Shown here: piece after piece, positions 39,657 to 56,414 of the stretch | Numbering within the stretch: position 1 is the first letter of the stretch | How the letters are laid out: every line of letters begins with the position of its first letter | Assembly (NCBI RefSeq): GCF_009914755.1 | Contig: NC_060943.1 | Direction: 5' to 3' (one strand) | DNA length: 64,000 bases | DNA from: the human T2T-CHM13v2.0 reference genome, Homo sapiens | Program-made: the position numbers and the translations under genes | Notes under the pieces: model-generated | The model's input: only the letters and a program-made list of their open reading frames with translations | Databases searched by the model: none | Told to the model about the DNA's origin: nothing

Positions 39657-41763
39657 TCAAAAAAAAAAGTTCAAAAAAACCCCAACCAATTCTCTCCTCC
39701 CCAATAATTACCTTAGGACAACAGGCATAAGCTTGGGTCATCCTTGGCAAACTAGGAGGTAAGTCACTCTATGTAGCAGAGAACCAAAGTAACAAGGACT
39801 TAAATAAAACTGAAGATTATTTATTTCTTATGCAATAATCTGAGCTTAATCAGTCCAAGGCTGGCATGGTCCTTTCTACAATGTCAAAGACCAGCTCCTC
39901 CTGTTCTGTTCTTCCGCCACCTGTGAATTTCCTTTGTCCTCAGTTTCCAAGAATACTCATCACCATACTCACTTGCCAGCCAGATAAAGGGGCTAGAATG
40001 TTCCTCCCTTTAAGAATGCAACCTGGAATTGCACATTATCAGTTAGCTTTTGCTGTGTAACAAACAGTCCCCTAAAATGGAATGGCTTAAAGACAATATT
40101 TGTTATTCCAATTAATTTAGTAAATTGTCTGGGCAGATAGGTGATCTCTGTGGTTAGCTAATAACTTGGCTGGGGTAGGTAGTCTAGGAGGGCCTCATTC
40201 ACATATCTGCTGGTTGGCCAGTTGATTAGTATAGGATACCTTTAGCTAGGTGCTTGTCTCTGCTCCACACGGTCTCTCATCCTCTGGCAATTTAGCCTGA
40301 GTGCTTGAATTTGGCAGGAGTATTCCAAGAAAGCAACAGGAGAAGTTGCAAAGCCTCTATGGGCTAAAGCGAGCCACAAGACCAACCCAGATACAAAAGA
40401 TGAAGACTTAGAATCTACCTCTCTTTTTTTTTTTTTTTTTTTTTGAGATAGGGTCTTGTCTTGTCGCCCAAGCTGGGGTGCAGTGACTTGATCTTAGCTC
40501 ACTGCAACCTCAAACTCCTGGACTCAATTGATCCTCAGCCTCCTGAGTAGCTGGAACTATAGGCATGTGCCACCACACCTGGCTAATTTTAAATTCATTT
40601 GTAGAGACGGGGTCTTGCTTTGTTGCCAGGCTGGTCTTGAACTCCTGGCCTCAAGCAATTCTCCCACCCCACCCAATCCTCCCAATCATGTCTTGGGGTT
40701 ACAGGCGTGAGCCACCATACCCGGCAATTCTCTTTGGCTGGTAGGAGCTGGAAAGTATTTGTAATCTACCACAAAGGGCATTCAGGGCAGAGGCAACCTT
40801 ATATATGAGACCTGGAGATGAGAGACAGTAAAATAGGTGCATTTAGCGTGTGGCAACCACTTCCACCTGGCTGGAGCAGAGGTGGGAGAGGTAAGTGAGA
40901 AAAAAAAGAGTAGAGTCATCAGAGAAGTCAGCAGGGGCCGTGGTGAGGTTGAACTTTGTGTTGGGGATGATGGGGGAACCATGGCAAGGTTTCAAGAGGA
41001 GATTGACATGGTTAGATTTGCTGTATGAAGGTGGGCTGGGAGGAGTACAAAACGGATCAGGAAGACCACTGAGGAGGCTGTTGCAGCCACAAAGGTGATC
41101 ACTGCGGTGGCTGCTCTAGGATTTGGGAACAGGGATGGTGAGAAGAGCTTAGATGTGACAGATAGTTTGGATGTAGAATCTGAATAATCTATTGATTGAC
41201 TGGAAATGGAGGATTCAATGAATCCTCCATTTCCAGCCAGGTGCAGTGGCTCATGCCTGTAATACCAGCACTTTGGGAAGCCAAGACAAGCTAATTGTTT
41301 GAGGCCAGGAGTTCAAAACCAGCCTGGACAATGTAACAAGACCCTGTCTCTACAAAAAATAAAAATAAAAATAACGTTATCTGGGCATGGTGGTGCATGC
41401 CTGTAGTCCCAACACTCAGGAGGTTGAGGCAAGAGGATCAATTGAACCCAAAAGGTGGAGGCTGCAGTGAGCTATGATTGTGCCACTTCACTCCAGTCTG
41501 GGTGACAGAGCAAGACCTCATCTCTACAAATAAAAAGTTAGCCAGGTGTGGTGGTGCATGCCCATAGTCCCAGCTGCTCAGGAGGCTGAGGCAGGAAGAT
41601 TGCTTGAGCCCAATTTCAAGGCTGCAGATTGCACTACTGCACTTCAGCCTGGGCAACAGAGTGAGACCCTGTCTCTAAAGAAATAAAAATAAAAATAAAC
41701 CCGACTTTCAAAACACTTAGATTCGTTCCTGGCTTGTAGACGATCACCTATGAAATTACTCTA

Positions 41764-41901
<138 letters not shown>

Positions 41902-41944
41902 TTAGCCAGGCGTGGTGGCGGGCGCCTGTAATCGCAGCTACTCA

Positions 41945-42049
<105 letters not shown>

Positions 42050-42361
42050 TCAAAAAAAAAAAATTACTCTAAGTTGATTCTGAAGGATTGGGGAGTGTTG
42101 AAAATCATCTTGGGTTCCTAAGACAAATTGCTGGGTGGTAATGGCACCATTGTTAGATGAAGAGGCTGGAGGGAGAGCAAGTTTGAACTGGCAATGATGT
42201 CAATCTTGGACCTGTTAAGTTTGAGGTGCCCATTGTTGAAAGAATGAACCTGTTTCCCCAGCTGTAAGCAAAGAAATGGATTGCAATGAAAAGGCATGCT
42301 TTCAACTGTTGTTCCAAAACCTTTGTCCTCATCTGGAACGGAGGTACAGACTGTCTCTTAG

Positions 42362-42697
<336 letters not shown>

Positions 42698-43687
42698 TAA
42701 ATTGTATTGGGCACTATTGCATGCCACCATGTGGTGTTCAGGATTCAGAGGTGACTCAACCCTGGGTCCTGACTTCATCTGGAGAGAGCCCAGCACAGGC
42801 GTCTTCGTTGTCAGGCCTGGGTTGAGGAGGGACATCATGTTAAGGGAGGCTGCAGTTGGGGGAGAATGAGGACTCTGCTTGGCTGAAGACATTGGGGAAG
42901 GTTTCCTGGAAGAAGAGATATTGGAGATGGGCCTTGAAGGATGAGTAGGAGTTCACCAGGCAAATAGGAGAGGAACTTTTAGCCCAGACAGCAGTCCTTT
43001 ATTCATCTCCCTGCATATAATTACTGTAAGAATCGGCAAGAGAAGCTGGAATGGAGATCCATGAGGTCTCTGAGGATCAGACAGACACATCACAGCTAAC
43101 TCTGGCCCAAAGGGTACTTCATTAGGATAACACCAGCTACTGTAACAAACAAGACATTTCAGTGACTTCACATGGTAAAAATTGATTTCTTGTACACAAA
43201 ACAGTACAATGCATGTGCTTCTAGTTCCAGGTCGGGGGGCTTTTCCCCGCAGATAATTCAGGGACCCAGGCTACTTTCATTTGCAGTTTTGCCATCCCTT
43301 AGAGTCTCAGCCTGCAGAAAATAGGGAGAGAGGAGGTATGGAGAAGTAATTTCTCCTTAAATACAGTGCCCTGAAAGTGATGCTTATGACAAATGCTCCT
43401 ATTCTATTGGCCAGAAGCAGTCACATGACTGCATCCACATGCAAGGAGAGATGGGAAATGCAGTCCTTAGCTGGGCAGCCATTTTCCAGCAGCAATTCCA
43501 TATTATGGAAGAGAAAACACGAATATTGGTGGATCTTTAGTGGCCTCTGCCCGAGGTAGACAGCAGGAATAGAACTAAGGGCTTGGAGGCAGTAACACTC
43601 AGTTTGATTTGTGCTCTTGAGTAAACCCTTCTTCTCACTCTTTGGGTTTCTCTCTCTGAGTGATGAGTGAAGATTGGAAGCTGATTA

Positions 43688-44266
<579 letters not shown>

Positions 44267-45954
44267 TTTCCAGAACTTGAAACGTCCAGCCCTTTTTATG
44301 CATCATATAACTGAATTACAACAACATGACACAGTAGGCATAAACCCTTCATGTTGGTTCATTTGCCTTTATCCTTGTTACCTATTTATTGCTAAGTAAC
44401 AAATTATCCCCAAACTTAATTGTATAAAACAACCATTTATTATGCTTATGGATTATTTGGGTCAAGAATTCTGAAATAGCTCATCTAGGCAGTTCCCCTT
44501 TGGGGTTTCTAATGAGGTTGCACACAGATGTCGGCTGGGGCTGCAGTCATCTAAAGGCCTTAGCTGGAGGGTCTACTTCCTGAGTGGCTGGGCCACATAG
44601 AGCTTCAGCTCCTCTCCACCTGGGGCTCCCCACAGGACTGATTGAGTGGCCTCACAACATGGTCGCCGGTGAGTGGTCCAAGAGACCAAAATGGAGCTTC
44701 GATATGTTTCATTATTTAGTCTTGAGAACTCACATCTTGTTTCTTCCACCCTGTTCTTTTAGTGACACATGGCCAGTCTTGGTTCAATGTGGGAGGGGAT
44801 TACAAAAAGGCATCTTAACTTATGTATGAATACTAGGAGCTATGGACCATTGGGGGCCATCCTGGAGGCTGGCTACTACAAACACATTGTCTTAATTACT
44901 GTAGATTTATGGTGTCTTAATATTTGGTAGGACTCATACCCTTTATTTTCCCTCTGTAGGAGTATATTGGCTACTCATGGCTGAGGTTTTCTATACAAAT
45001 CTTAGGATTTGTATGTCAAGTTCAATGAAAAGCCATTCTGGGGTTTTTAATTGAAATTGGATTAAATCTATAGCTCAATTTTGGAGAGAATTGAAGATTT
45101 TAAAACTTGAGTCTTGGGGCTGGGTGCGGTGGCTCATACCTGTAATCTCAGCACTTTGAGAGCCTGTGGTGGGAGAGTCACTTGAGGCCAGGAGTTGAAG
45201 ACCAGCCTGTGTGACATAGTGACATCCTGTCTCTATAAAAAATCTTTAAAAAAAAATTAGCCAGGTATGATGGCATATGCTTGTAGTCCCAGCTACTTGG
45301 GAGACTGACGCAGGAGGATCTTTTGAGCCCAAGAGGTCAAGGTTACAGTGAACTATGATCGTGCCACTCCACTCCGGCCTGGGTGACAGAGTGATACCCT
45401 GTCTCTAAAAATAAATCAATGAATGAATAAATAAAATAAAACAAAACACTGAGTCTTGCTAGAAAGGAACTGGTATATATTCTATTTTGTTTAGGTCACT
45501 AGCTTTATGCAGTTTTGTTTCACATCTTCTAGGCTATGGTCAATAGTATCCTTTTAAAATCAAAGTCTGATTTCCCTATGTGAAAAGCTAAATTCTTCAT
45601 TTTATCATTCAATCAGTTCTAGCAACTGTGGACACTTGTGCAATCCACACCCTTATCAAAACAGAACATTTCCATCACTTGTGGCCTCTCTGAGTCAATC
45701 TCTACCTTCCCTCTTGCTCCGGAAGCAACCACTGATTTGATTTCTATCATCATAGGTTAGTTTTGCTTACTGTAGGATTTCACAATTTTTTTTTTAATTT
45801 GTGAGTTATTTTTGCTTATGTACTGACACTTAGTACACTTTGTATACTGGTTTTGTATTCAGCCACACTGCCAAATAATTTTATTAATTTCAGCTATTTA
45901 TCTATATATTCTTTGGGAATTTCTATGTTGATGATTGCTTCTTCTGCAAAAATG

Positions 45955-46013
45955 ACTTTCTTTCTTTCTTTCTTTTCTTTCTCTCCTTCCTTCCTTCCTT
46001 CCTTCCTTCCTTC

Positions 46014-46092
<79 letters not shown>

Positions 46093-46095
46093 TCC
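45955..46095. repeat. (TTCC)n(TTTC)n microsatellite within an old antisense L1
   Basis: Direct reading. Confidence 0.92.
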
Positions 46096-46474
46096 TTTTT
46101 CCCTCTGTCTTGTCTTGCAGTACAGGCTGAGATCTTCAATACAATGTTGAATAGAAATGGTGATAGCAGGTTCCGTTGCGTAGTTCTGATTTCAAAGGGA
46201 ATCTTTTCAACATCTCATTATTAAGTACAGTGTTTCGGTCTAGGTTTTCTGAAGACCTTCTTTATCAGGTTACAGAAGTTCCCTTCCATTTTTACTTTGC
46301 CAAGAGATTTTTTTCCCCCTCTTTCTTTTGATCAGGAATGAATGTTGAGTTGCTACCGCATCTTTCATGTGTCTTCTGTTGCAGATTTCTCTTTTTGACA
46401 AAAAGAGAACAGGTCTTGGGTCAGAGCCTTGGGCGAGCAACAGAATCTACCTAGAATTTAGTAACGTTGTTTGA

Positions 46475-46741
<267 letters not shown>

Positions 46742-47187
46742 TGATCCTCTCGCCTTGGTTTCCCAAAGTGCTGGGATTACAGGTATGAGCCATCACACCC
46801 ATCATACAGTTGTTTCTGTTTGTAGCCCGTGAGCTTAGTTTTGTAGGAGGATGTAAAGCTCTCTTCTTAAACACAAAAGAGTTAAAGTTCATGTTCCATA
46901 TGCAATGGGTTGCATAGACTGTGGCAGCAATTGAGAAGATGATACATTCTGCAAATGGAAGTGTGAGAAACAGGGTTACAACAGACATTAAGTGCCAAAT
47001 GAATTCACACACACAGCTATGGCATAATGGTTACGCACAGGCTTGGAAGTCATGCTGCCTGAGTTTGTATCCCGACTGTGTGTCTCACCTCAGTTTCCTT
47101 CTCTGTAAAATGAGGATAATAATATGACTTACCTTGAAGAGTTGCTGGGAGGAGTCCATGTTATCTCTGCAGCATGCTGAAAATTGA

Positions 47188-47618
<431 letters not shown>

Positions 47619-48117
47619 TGATCTGCCCTCCTCGGCTTCCCAAAATGCTGGGATTACAGGTGTGAGCCACCATGCCCGGCTACAAAAACATTTTTAAAAT
47701 TAGCTGGATGTGGTGGCACACATCCATTGTCCTGGCTGCTTGGGAGGCTGAGCTGGGAGCATTGCTTGGTCCCAGGAGGTGAAGGCTGCAGTGAGCTATG
47801 ATTGCATCGCTGCACTCCAGCCTGGACAACAGAGTGAGAGCATCTCTCTCTCGCTCTCTCTCTCTCTCACACGCACACAGACACATACGCACACACAGAC
47901 ACACACACACACAGAACGTGGGTTCTAGATTCATACCATCTCGGAGTTTAATTGCAGCTCCTCCCCTAACTTACTCTTGCTGTTAATCTCAAGCAGCATC
48001 CCCACACCGATCTAAGCCTGCTTTCTTGTAGGTAAAATAGACACAGACGGGTGTGGTGGCTCATGCCTGTAATCCCAGCACTTTGGGAGGCCGAGGCAGG
48101 TGCATTACTTGAGATCA

Positions 48118-48366
<249 letters not shown>

Positions 48367-48991
48367 TTAATCTGAATGCCTAACCATGTGTAGTAGGCAT
48401 CCAAGAAATGCATTTTTTTTTTCTTTTGAGATGGAATCTCACTCTTGTTGCCCAGGCTGGAGTGCAGTGGGGATATCTCAGCTCACTGCAACCTCCGCCT
48501 CCTGGTTCAAGCAATTCTCCTGCCTCAGCCTCCCAAGTAGCTGGGATTACAGGTGCCCGCCACCATGCCTGGCTAATTTTTTTTGTTTGTTTTTTTGGTA
48601 TTTTTAGTAGAAATGGGGTTTCACCATGTTGCCCAGGCTGGTTTTGAACTCCTGACCTCAAGTAATCTGCCTGCCTCTGCCTTCCAAAGTGCTGCGATTA
48701 CAGGGATGAGTCATAGCACCCAGCCAAAAAATGCAAATATTGTTATGGTAGGGGCACAGAGTAGGGGTTGGCAAGTATGTCAGAATCACCTGAGGAGAGT
48801 GTTAATATGCAGATTCCCAGGCCCCACCTCCATCCATCTAGTTAACAAACATATATCAGGGGCCTCCTACACATAAGGTACTATCATAGTTGCTGGGCAT
48901 TCAAGAAACAGAACGATGGCCCTCCCCTCTTCAAACTGACATTTTATTTGGGTGAGATAAACAATAAACACAACAAGAGAAGCAAAACTAA

Positions 48992-49253
<262 letters not shown>

Positions 49254-49906
49254 TAGCCAGGATGGTCTCGATCTCCTGACCTCGTGATCCGCCCGCCTCG
49301 GCCTCCCAAAGTGCTGGGATTACAGGCATGAGCCACCACGCCCAGCCTTAAATTTGTTTTTGTAGAAATGGGATCTCATTATGTGGCCCCAGGCTGATTT
49401 TGAACACCTAGGCTCAAGTGATTCTCTCACTTCCACCTCCCAACGTGCTGGGATTACAGGTGTGCACCACCACACCCAGCTGACTTTTTATTTTTTGTGG
49501 AGATGGGGTCTCCCTGTGTTGACCAGGCTGGTCTTGAACTCCTGGGCTCAAGTCAACCTGGGAGTGGGATTTTAAATAGGGTGGCTAGAGGAGGTCTCAC
49601 AGAGAAGGTGTCCTTTGAGGAAAGACAAAGACGTTGGCAAGGAACTTTCTTCTGGATATCAGGGTGTATTTGTTTGCGTGGGTGCCACAACAAAGTACCA
49701 CGAGCTTGGAGGCTTAAACAGCAGAAATTTATCTTCTCACAATAAATGTCTTGTTCACCTCCCTATCCTCCCCTCTTCTTCCTCCTCGCCCACTCTAACT
49801 CCAGCCACATGGGCCTCCTTGCTGTTCCTCCAACATGTTAGGCAAGATCCTGCCTCAGGACCATTGCATGCACTGTTCTCTCTTCTTGGAATACACTTTC
49901 TTGTGT

Positions 49907-50792
<886 letters not shown>

Positions 50793-52063
50793 CTTGGACA
50801 TTTCCTATGAATAGAATTGTACAATACATGGCATTTTGTGATTTGCTTCTTTCACTGAGCATGTTTTTAAGGTTCATCCATGTTGTAGTGTGGAACAGTA
50901 TTTTGCTCCTTTTTTATGGCTGAGTAATATTCCATTGTGTGGATTTGCCTGTACTGGACATTTCCTATAAATAGATGCATGCAATACGTGGCTTTGGAAG
51001 ATGGATTTTAACCAACTCTACTGACGAGTCTGCTTTAGGACTCTTGGTCCAGACTGACTTCATGGAGAGTGTTGGGGGTTGTGGGAGAGGCCAAGCCTAC
51101 AAGCTGTGGGAAGCTGGTGGATGGAAGGCTGGTTAGAATTCTTCAGGATCTGGGGAACCTCAGAGAGTGCTGAACCTGTTGGGACGTTGGATGAGCCAAT
51201 ACTTGGCAAATGCAAGAATACAAAGGTTTCTTTCTTTCTTTTTCTTTTTCCAGATACTCAAAAGCTGGGGCCATGTTACATGTGCCCAGCTGTTTCATTA
51301 GTTAATATCTTTTGGTTGCAGGCCATGGCAACCAAATCTAAAGTAACTTAAACAAGAAAAGGAATGTTTTGGCTCATGAAATAAAAAAGTTTAGGGATGG
51401 CCAGGCATGGTGGCTCCCACCTGTAATCTCAGCACTTTAGGAGGCCAAGGTGGGCAGATTCCTCAAGTCCAGGAATTCAAGACCAGCCTGGGCAACATAG
51501 CGAGACCTCGTCTCTACAAAAAATACAGAAATTAGCTGGGTGTTGCGACACATGACTGAAGTCCTAGCTACCTGGGAGGTGGAGGCAGGAGGCATGGTTT
51601 TTTGTTTGTTTGTTTGAGACAGGGTCTTGCTTTGTTGCCCAGGCTGGAGTGCAGTGGTGCCATCATAGCTCACCGCAGGCTCGAACTCCTGGGCTCAGTG
51701 ATCCACTCATCTCCGCCTCCTGAGTAGTTCAAAATGTTTTTCAGGTCATCCACATTGTAGTATGAATCAGTGCTTCATTCCTTTTTATGGCTGAATAATA
51801 TTCCATTGTATGGATATACCACATTTGTTTAACCGTTAGTGATTAATTTTATCTTTTGTGAATTTTAACTCAATAAAAACATTCAGAGCATAGATCTGGA
51901 TCAGGCACAACTTAATCTTTACCAGAAGATAATTCAATTTCATGGAAGAGGGTCTGTGCTTTCATTTCCCCTCCACACCAGTCCCCAAGCTAGGTGGCCT
52001 GGGGGTCAGTTTCTCCCCTGCCCTTTCGTACTGCCCCACCCTCATTTCTCTGTCTCCTCACAG

Positions 52064-52180
52064 TTCCTGTGCCTTAAGAACATTAGAACCTTCCTGTCCA
52101 CCTGCTGTGAGAAGTTCGGCCTCAAGCGGAGCGAGCTCTTCGAAGCCTTTGACCTCTTCGATGTGCAGGATTTTGGCAAG
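52064..52180 (+). CDS. VAV1: VAV1 exon 2 (aa 69-107, CH domain)
   Basis: Pyrimidine tract + CAG acceptor; [39 protein letters not shown]; donor AAG|GTGAGC; 117 nt. Confidence 0.97.
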
Positions 52181-52481
52181 GTGAGCTGCACACTTGAAGC
52201 CCAAAGACTGAGTTTCAGTTAATTTCTATTGACGTCTACACTGGGCAAGCTAAGGACTGTCAGGGGACAGGCAGACAAGCCAGACCAGGCCATATACAAG
52301 ACGCAAATAGCACTGGCTTGGGATATGTGGAACTGGGTTTGAGTTCCTGCTCTGACACTTGCTGTGTGACCTTGGATACGTGGCTGTGCCTCTCTGAGCC
52401 CCTCGTTTCTCATCTGAAATATGGGAATATTATCATCCTGCCCTCTCTGAGTGGCTATGAGGATTAAATAGAAAGATAGAG

Positions 52482-52816
<335 letters not shown>

Positions 52817-52983
52817 TCATTTGAGAGAACGATGGTATGGGGAATAGGAGGTAGAGAAAATCCTGAATTAGGCTTCCAAGAGGCATGGGATCTAGCGCCT
52901 CAGACAGAGCCTTGCAGCTGGAAGCTGTGTTCTGCCGTGGGGGTGTACAAGGGGCTCACTGAGTGGCCACTGCCCCGTCACAG

Positions 52984-53042
52984 GTCATCTACACCCTGTC
53001 TGCTCTGTCCTGGACCCCGATCGCCCAGAACAGGGGGATCAT
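52984..53042 (+). CDS. VAV1: VAV1 exon 3 (end of CH domain)
   Basis: VIYTLSALSWTPIAQNRGI(M); CAG acceptor, GTGAGT donor; 59 nt. Confidence 0.96.
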
Positions 53043-53152
53043 GTGAGTAACCACCTGGGCCTTGGGCCATTTAGCCCCAGTCCTCCCCCTCCCTGAAGCC
53101 CCACTTCTACCCAGCCCCCAGGCCCCTGGCTCACACCCTCCTGACCCCCCAG

Positions 53153-53221
53153 GCCCTTCCCCACCGAGGAGGAGAGTGTAGGTGATGAAGACATCTACAG
53201 TGGCCTGTCCGACCAGATCGA
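53153..53221 (+). CDS. VAV1: VAV1 exon 4 (acidic region, Y142)
   Basis: PFPTEEESVGDEDIYSGLSDQI(D); Y142 codon TAC 53196-53198; donor GTGAGT; 69 nt. Confidence 0.96.
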
Positions 53222-53279
53222 GTGAGTGCTCAGGCCTGTGGCCGCACAGCTCACTGGAGCACCGTCCTGGGGGTGGAGG

Positions 53280-53535
53280 GTGTGGGGGGACATGGCCTTG
53301 CCCTCCGGGAAATAAGGTCATACCCTGGTGTCTGGGGCACACAACCTTGCCTGAGAGTCTGGGGAGACACAGCCCTGCCCTGGGGTCTTGGGGGACATGG
53401 CACTGTCCTGGGGTCTTGGGGGACATGGCCCTGCCCTGGAGCTTGGAGGGACATGGCCTGCCCTTGGAGTCTGAGGTCCCACCCTTGGAGTCTTGGGGGG
53501 ACAAAGCCCTGCGCTGGGGTCTGCGGGGACCCTGC
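53280..53535. repeat. Degenerate ~28-bp G-rich minisatellite in intron 4
   Basis: GGGGACATGGC(A/C)CTG(T/C)CCTGGGGTCTTG units. Confidence 0.7.
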
Positions 53536-53582
53536 TGTGATCTGGGAGAGGTCCAAGGGATCCCTGACCTCACAACCCACAG

Positions 53583-53691
53583 CGACACGGTGGAGGAGGA
53601 TGAGGACCTGTATGACTGCGTGGAGAATGAGGAGGCGGAAGGCGACGAGATCTATGAGGACCTCATGCGCTCGGAGCCCGTGTCCATGCCG
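53583..53691 (+). CDS. VAV1: VAV1 exon 5 (acidic region, Y160 and Y174)
   Basis: DTVEEDEDLYDCVENEEAEGDEIYEDLMRSEPVSMP; Y160 53611-53613, Y174 53653-53655; donor CCG|GTGCGT; 109 nt. Confidence 0.97.
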
Positions 53692-53780
53692 GTGCGTGAC
53701 GTGGAGGGTCGGGCCTGGGGAGGGCGTGGGCGGGGGGCAGCCCCAGGCCCCCCAACACCGGCCTCTCCCCTCGCTCTCAG

Positions 53781-53876
53781 CCCAAGATGACAGAGTATGA
53801 CAAGCGCTGCTGCTGCCTGCGGGAGATCCAGCAGACGGAGGAGAAGTACACTGACACGCTGGGCTCCATCCAGCAG
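53781..53876 (+). CDS. VAV1: VAV1 exon 6 (start of DH domain)
   Basis: PKMTEYDKRCCCLREIQQTEEKYTDTLGSIQQ; 96 nt, phase 0-0. Confidence 0.97.
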
Positions 53877-54034
53877 GTGGGCGCCTCCCACCCAGCGCCT
53901 GCCGGGCGCATGCGCGGGAGCTGGGCCGGCAGGTGCACGTCCACCTGTCCGGCCGCTCTGGGCAGCTGAGGATTTCCTGCTCCCATCGCTTTTCCTTTCT
54001 GTGACTGTCTCCGTCTCTGAGTTTCTCTGACTTA

Positions 54035-54490
54035 CATATGTATATATAAATATGAGTCTGACGTATATATATATTAAAAAATATATATAAAATATAGGAC
54101 ACTGCCTGCAGGAGCAGTCAAAAAACCAAAAACAAACAAAATAAATACAAAATCAAAAATATATAAATATATTAAACATATACATAAATAGAAAATATAT
54201 AAATATATACAAAGTATATATAAAAATATAAACATATAATATGTATAAAATATAAACATGATATATGATATTTATAAGATATAAAATATATAGTTTTTCA
54301 TATAGAGCTATATGTAAATAATATATACAATATATAAATATATAAAATATAAAATGTAGATATATTGATATAGGTATATATCTTTTTATATAGATATATA
54401 TTTTTAATATACAAGATATATGTCCATATGTAGATATATATACCTTTATATATCTTATATACATAAAAGATATATATCTTTATCTATCTA
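54035..54490. repeat. (TA)-rich low-complexity tract
   Basis: Direct reading. Confidence 0.9.
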
Positions 54491-54506
54491 TCTTTTTTTT
54501 TTTTGA

Positions 54507-54713
<207 letters not shown>

Positions 54714-55426
54714 TGACCTCAAGTGATCTGCCCACCTCGGCCTCCAAAAGTGCTGGGATTGCAGGCATGAGCCACTGTGCCTGGCTTATATATCTATCTT
54801 TTAAAGATATATATCATTATTTAAAGATATATATATAAAGTATGTATAAGATATGTAATAGATACAAATATATATTTTATATATATTTTTTGTTATGTTA
54901 ACCAGGCTGGTCTTAAACTCCTGGGCTCAAGCAATCCTCCTGTAATCCAAGCCCTTTGTGAGGCTGCACTGGGCCTCTTCCTCTTGTCTCTCTGTCTCTC
55001 TCTTTATCTCTCACTCTGTCTCTTTTTCCCTCTGGGTCTCCTCTCGCTACTTTCTTCCTCAGTGTGTCATTCTCTCCTTTGTAGCTCTTTATCCCAGGCT
55101 CAGTCTTTTTCTGTATCCTCACCTCTCCATTTCTTTTAAAAATAGCTTTATTGAGATTTCATTAATATACATGTAATCCACCCATTTAGAATATACAGTT
55201 CAATGGTTTTTGGCACACACAAGATTATGCAGTCATCATCACTGTCTAATTTTGGAATATTTTCATTTGTTTTGTTTTGGTTTTTTTTGTTTCTTTTTTT
55301 TTGATTTGTTTTGTTTTGAAATGTGGTCTCACTCTCCCATCCAGGCTGGAGTGCAGTGGCACGATCATAGTTCACTGCAGCCTCGAACTCCTGGGCTCAA
55401 GTGATCCCCCTGCCTTAACCTCCTGA

Positions 55427-55795
<369 letters not shown>

Positions 55796-55918
55796 TGAGC
55801 GTAGTGTTTTCAAGGTTCATCCACATTGTAGCCTGTGTCAGAGCTTCATTCCTTTTCATGGCTGAATAATATTCCATTGTATGGATGGACCACATTTTTT
55901 TTTTCTTTTTTGAGATAG

Positions 55919-56017
<99 letters not shown>

Positions 56018-56414
56018 TGAGTAGCTGGGATCACACGCATCTGCCACCGTGCCCAGCTTATTTTTGTAGTTTTAGTAGAGACGGGGTTTCACCATCTTGG
56101 CCAGGCTGGTCTTGAACTCCTGACCTCGTGATCCACCCACCTCAGGCTCCCAAAGTGCTGGGATTGCAGGCGTGAGCCACCGCACCTGGCCGGACCACAT
56201 TTGAAACACCCATTTACCCATTGATAAGCATTTTGGTTGTTTCCGCTTTTGGGTTATTATGAATAATTTCACTGTGAACATTCTTGTACAAGTTTTTGTG
56301 TGGACGCGCTGCCTCTCTTTATCTCCCTCTCTCTGTCTCCTTCCCCTGTCTCTCTGAGACTGGTCTGGAGGAGGGAATCTTATCTTCCGTCATCTTTCTC
56401 TCCCTTCCCCGCAG

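Larger units (their letters stand above)
53580..53960. promoter_or_regulatory. Intragenic CpG-rich patch over exons 5-6
   Basis: High CpG density; GGGCGTGGGCGGGG 53722-53735; GCGCATGCGC 53906-53915. Confidence 0.55.

Noticed and set aside
53251-54102. 283-aa and 199-aa antisense ORFs over exons 3-6
   Set aside because: GC-rich shadow frames of VAV1 exons and the intron-4 repeat; no recognisable domain
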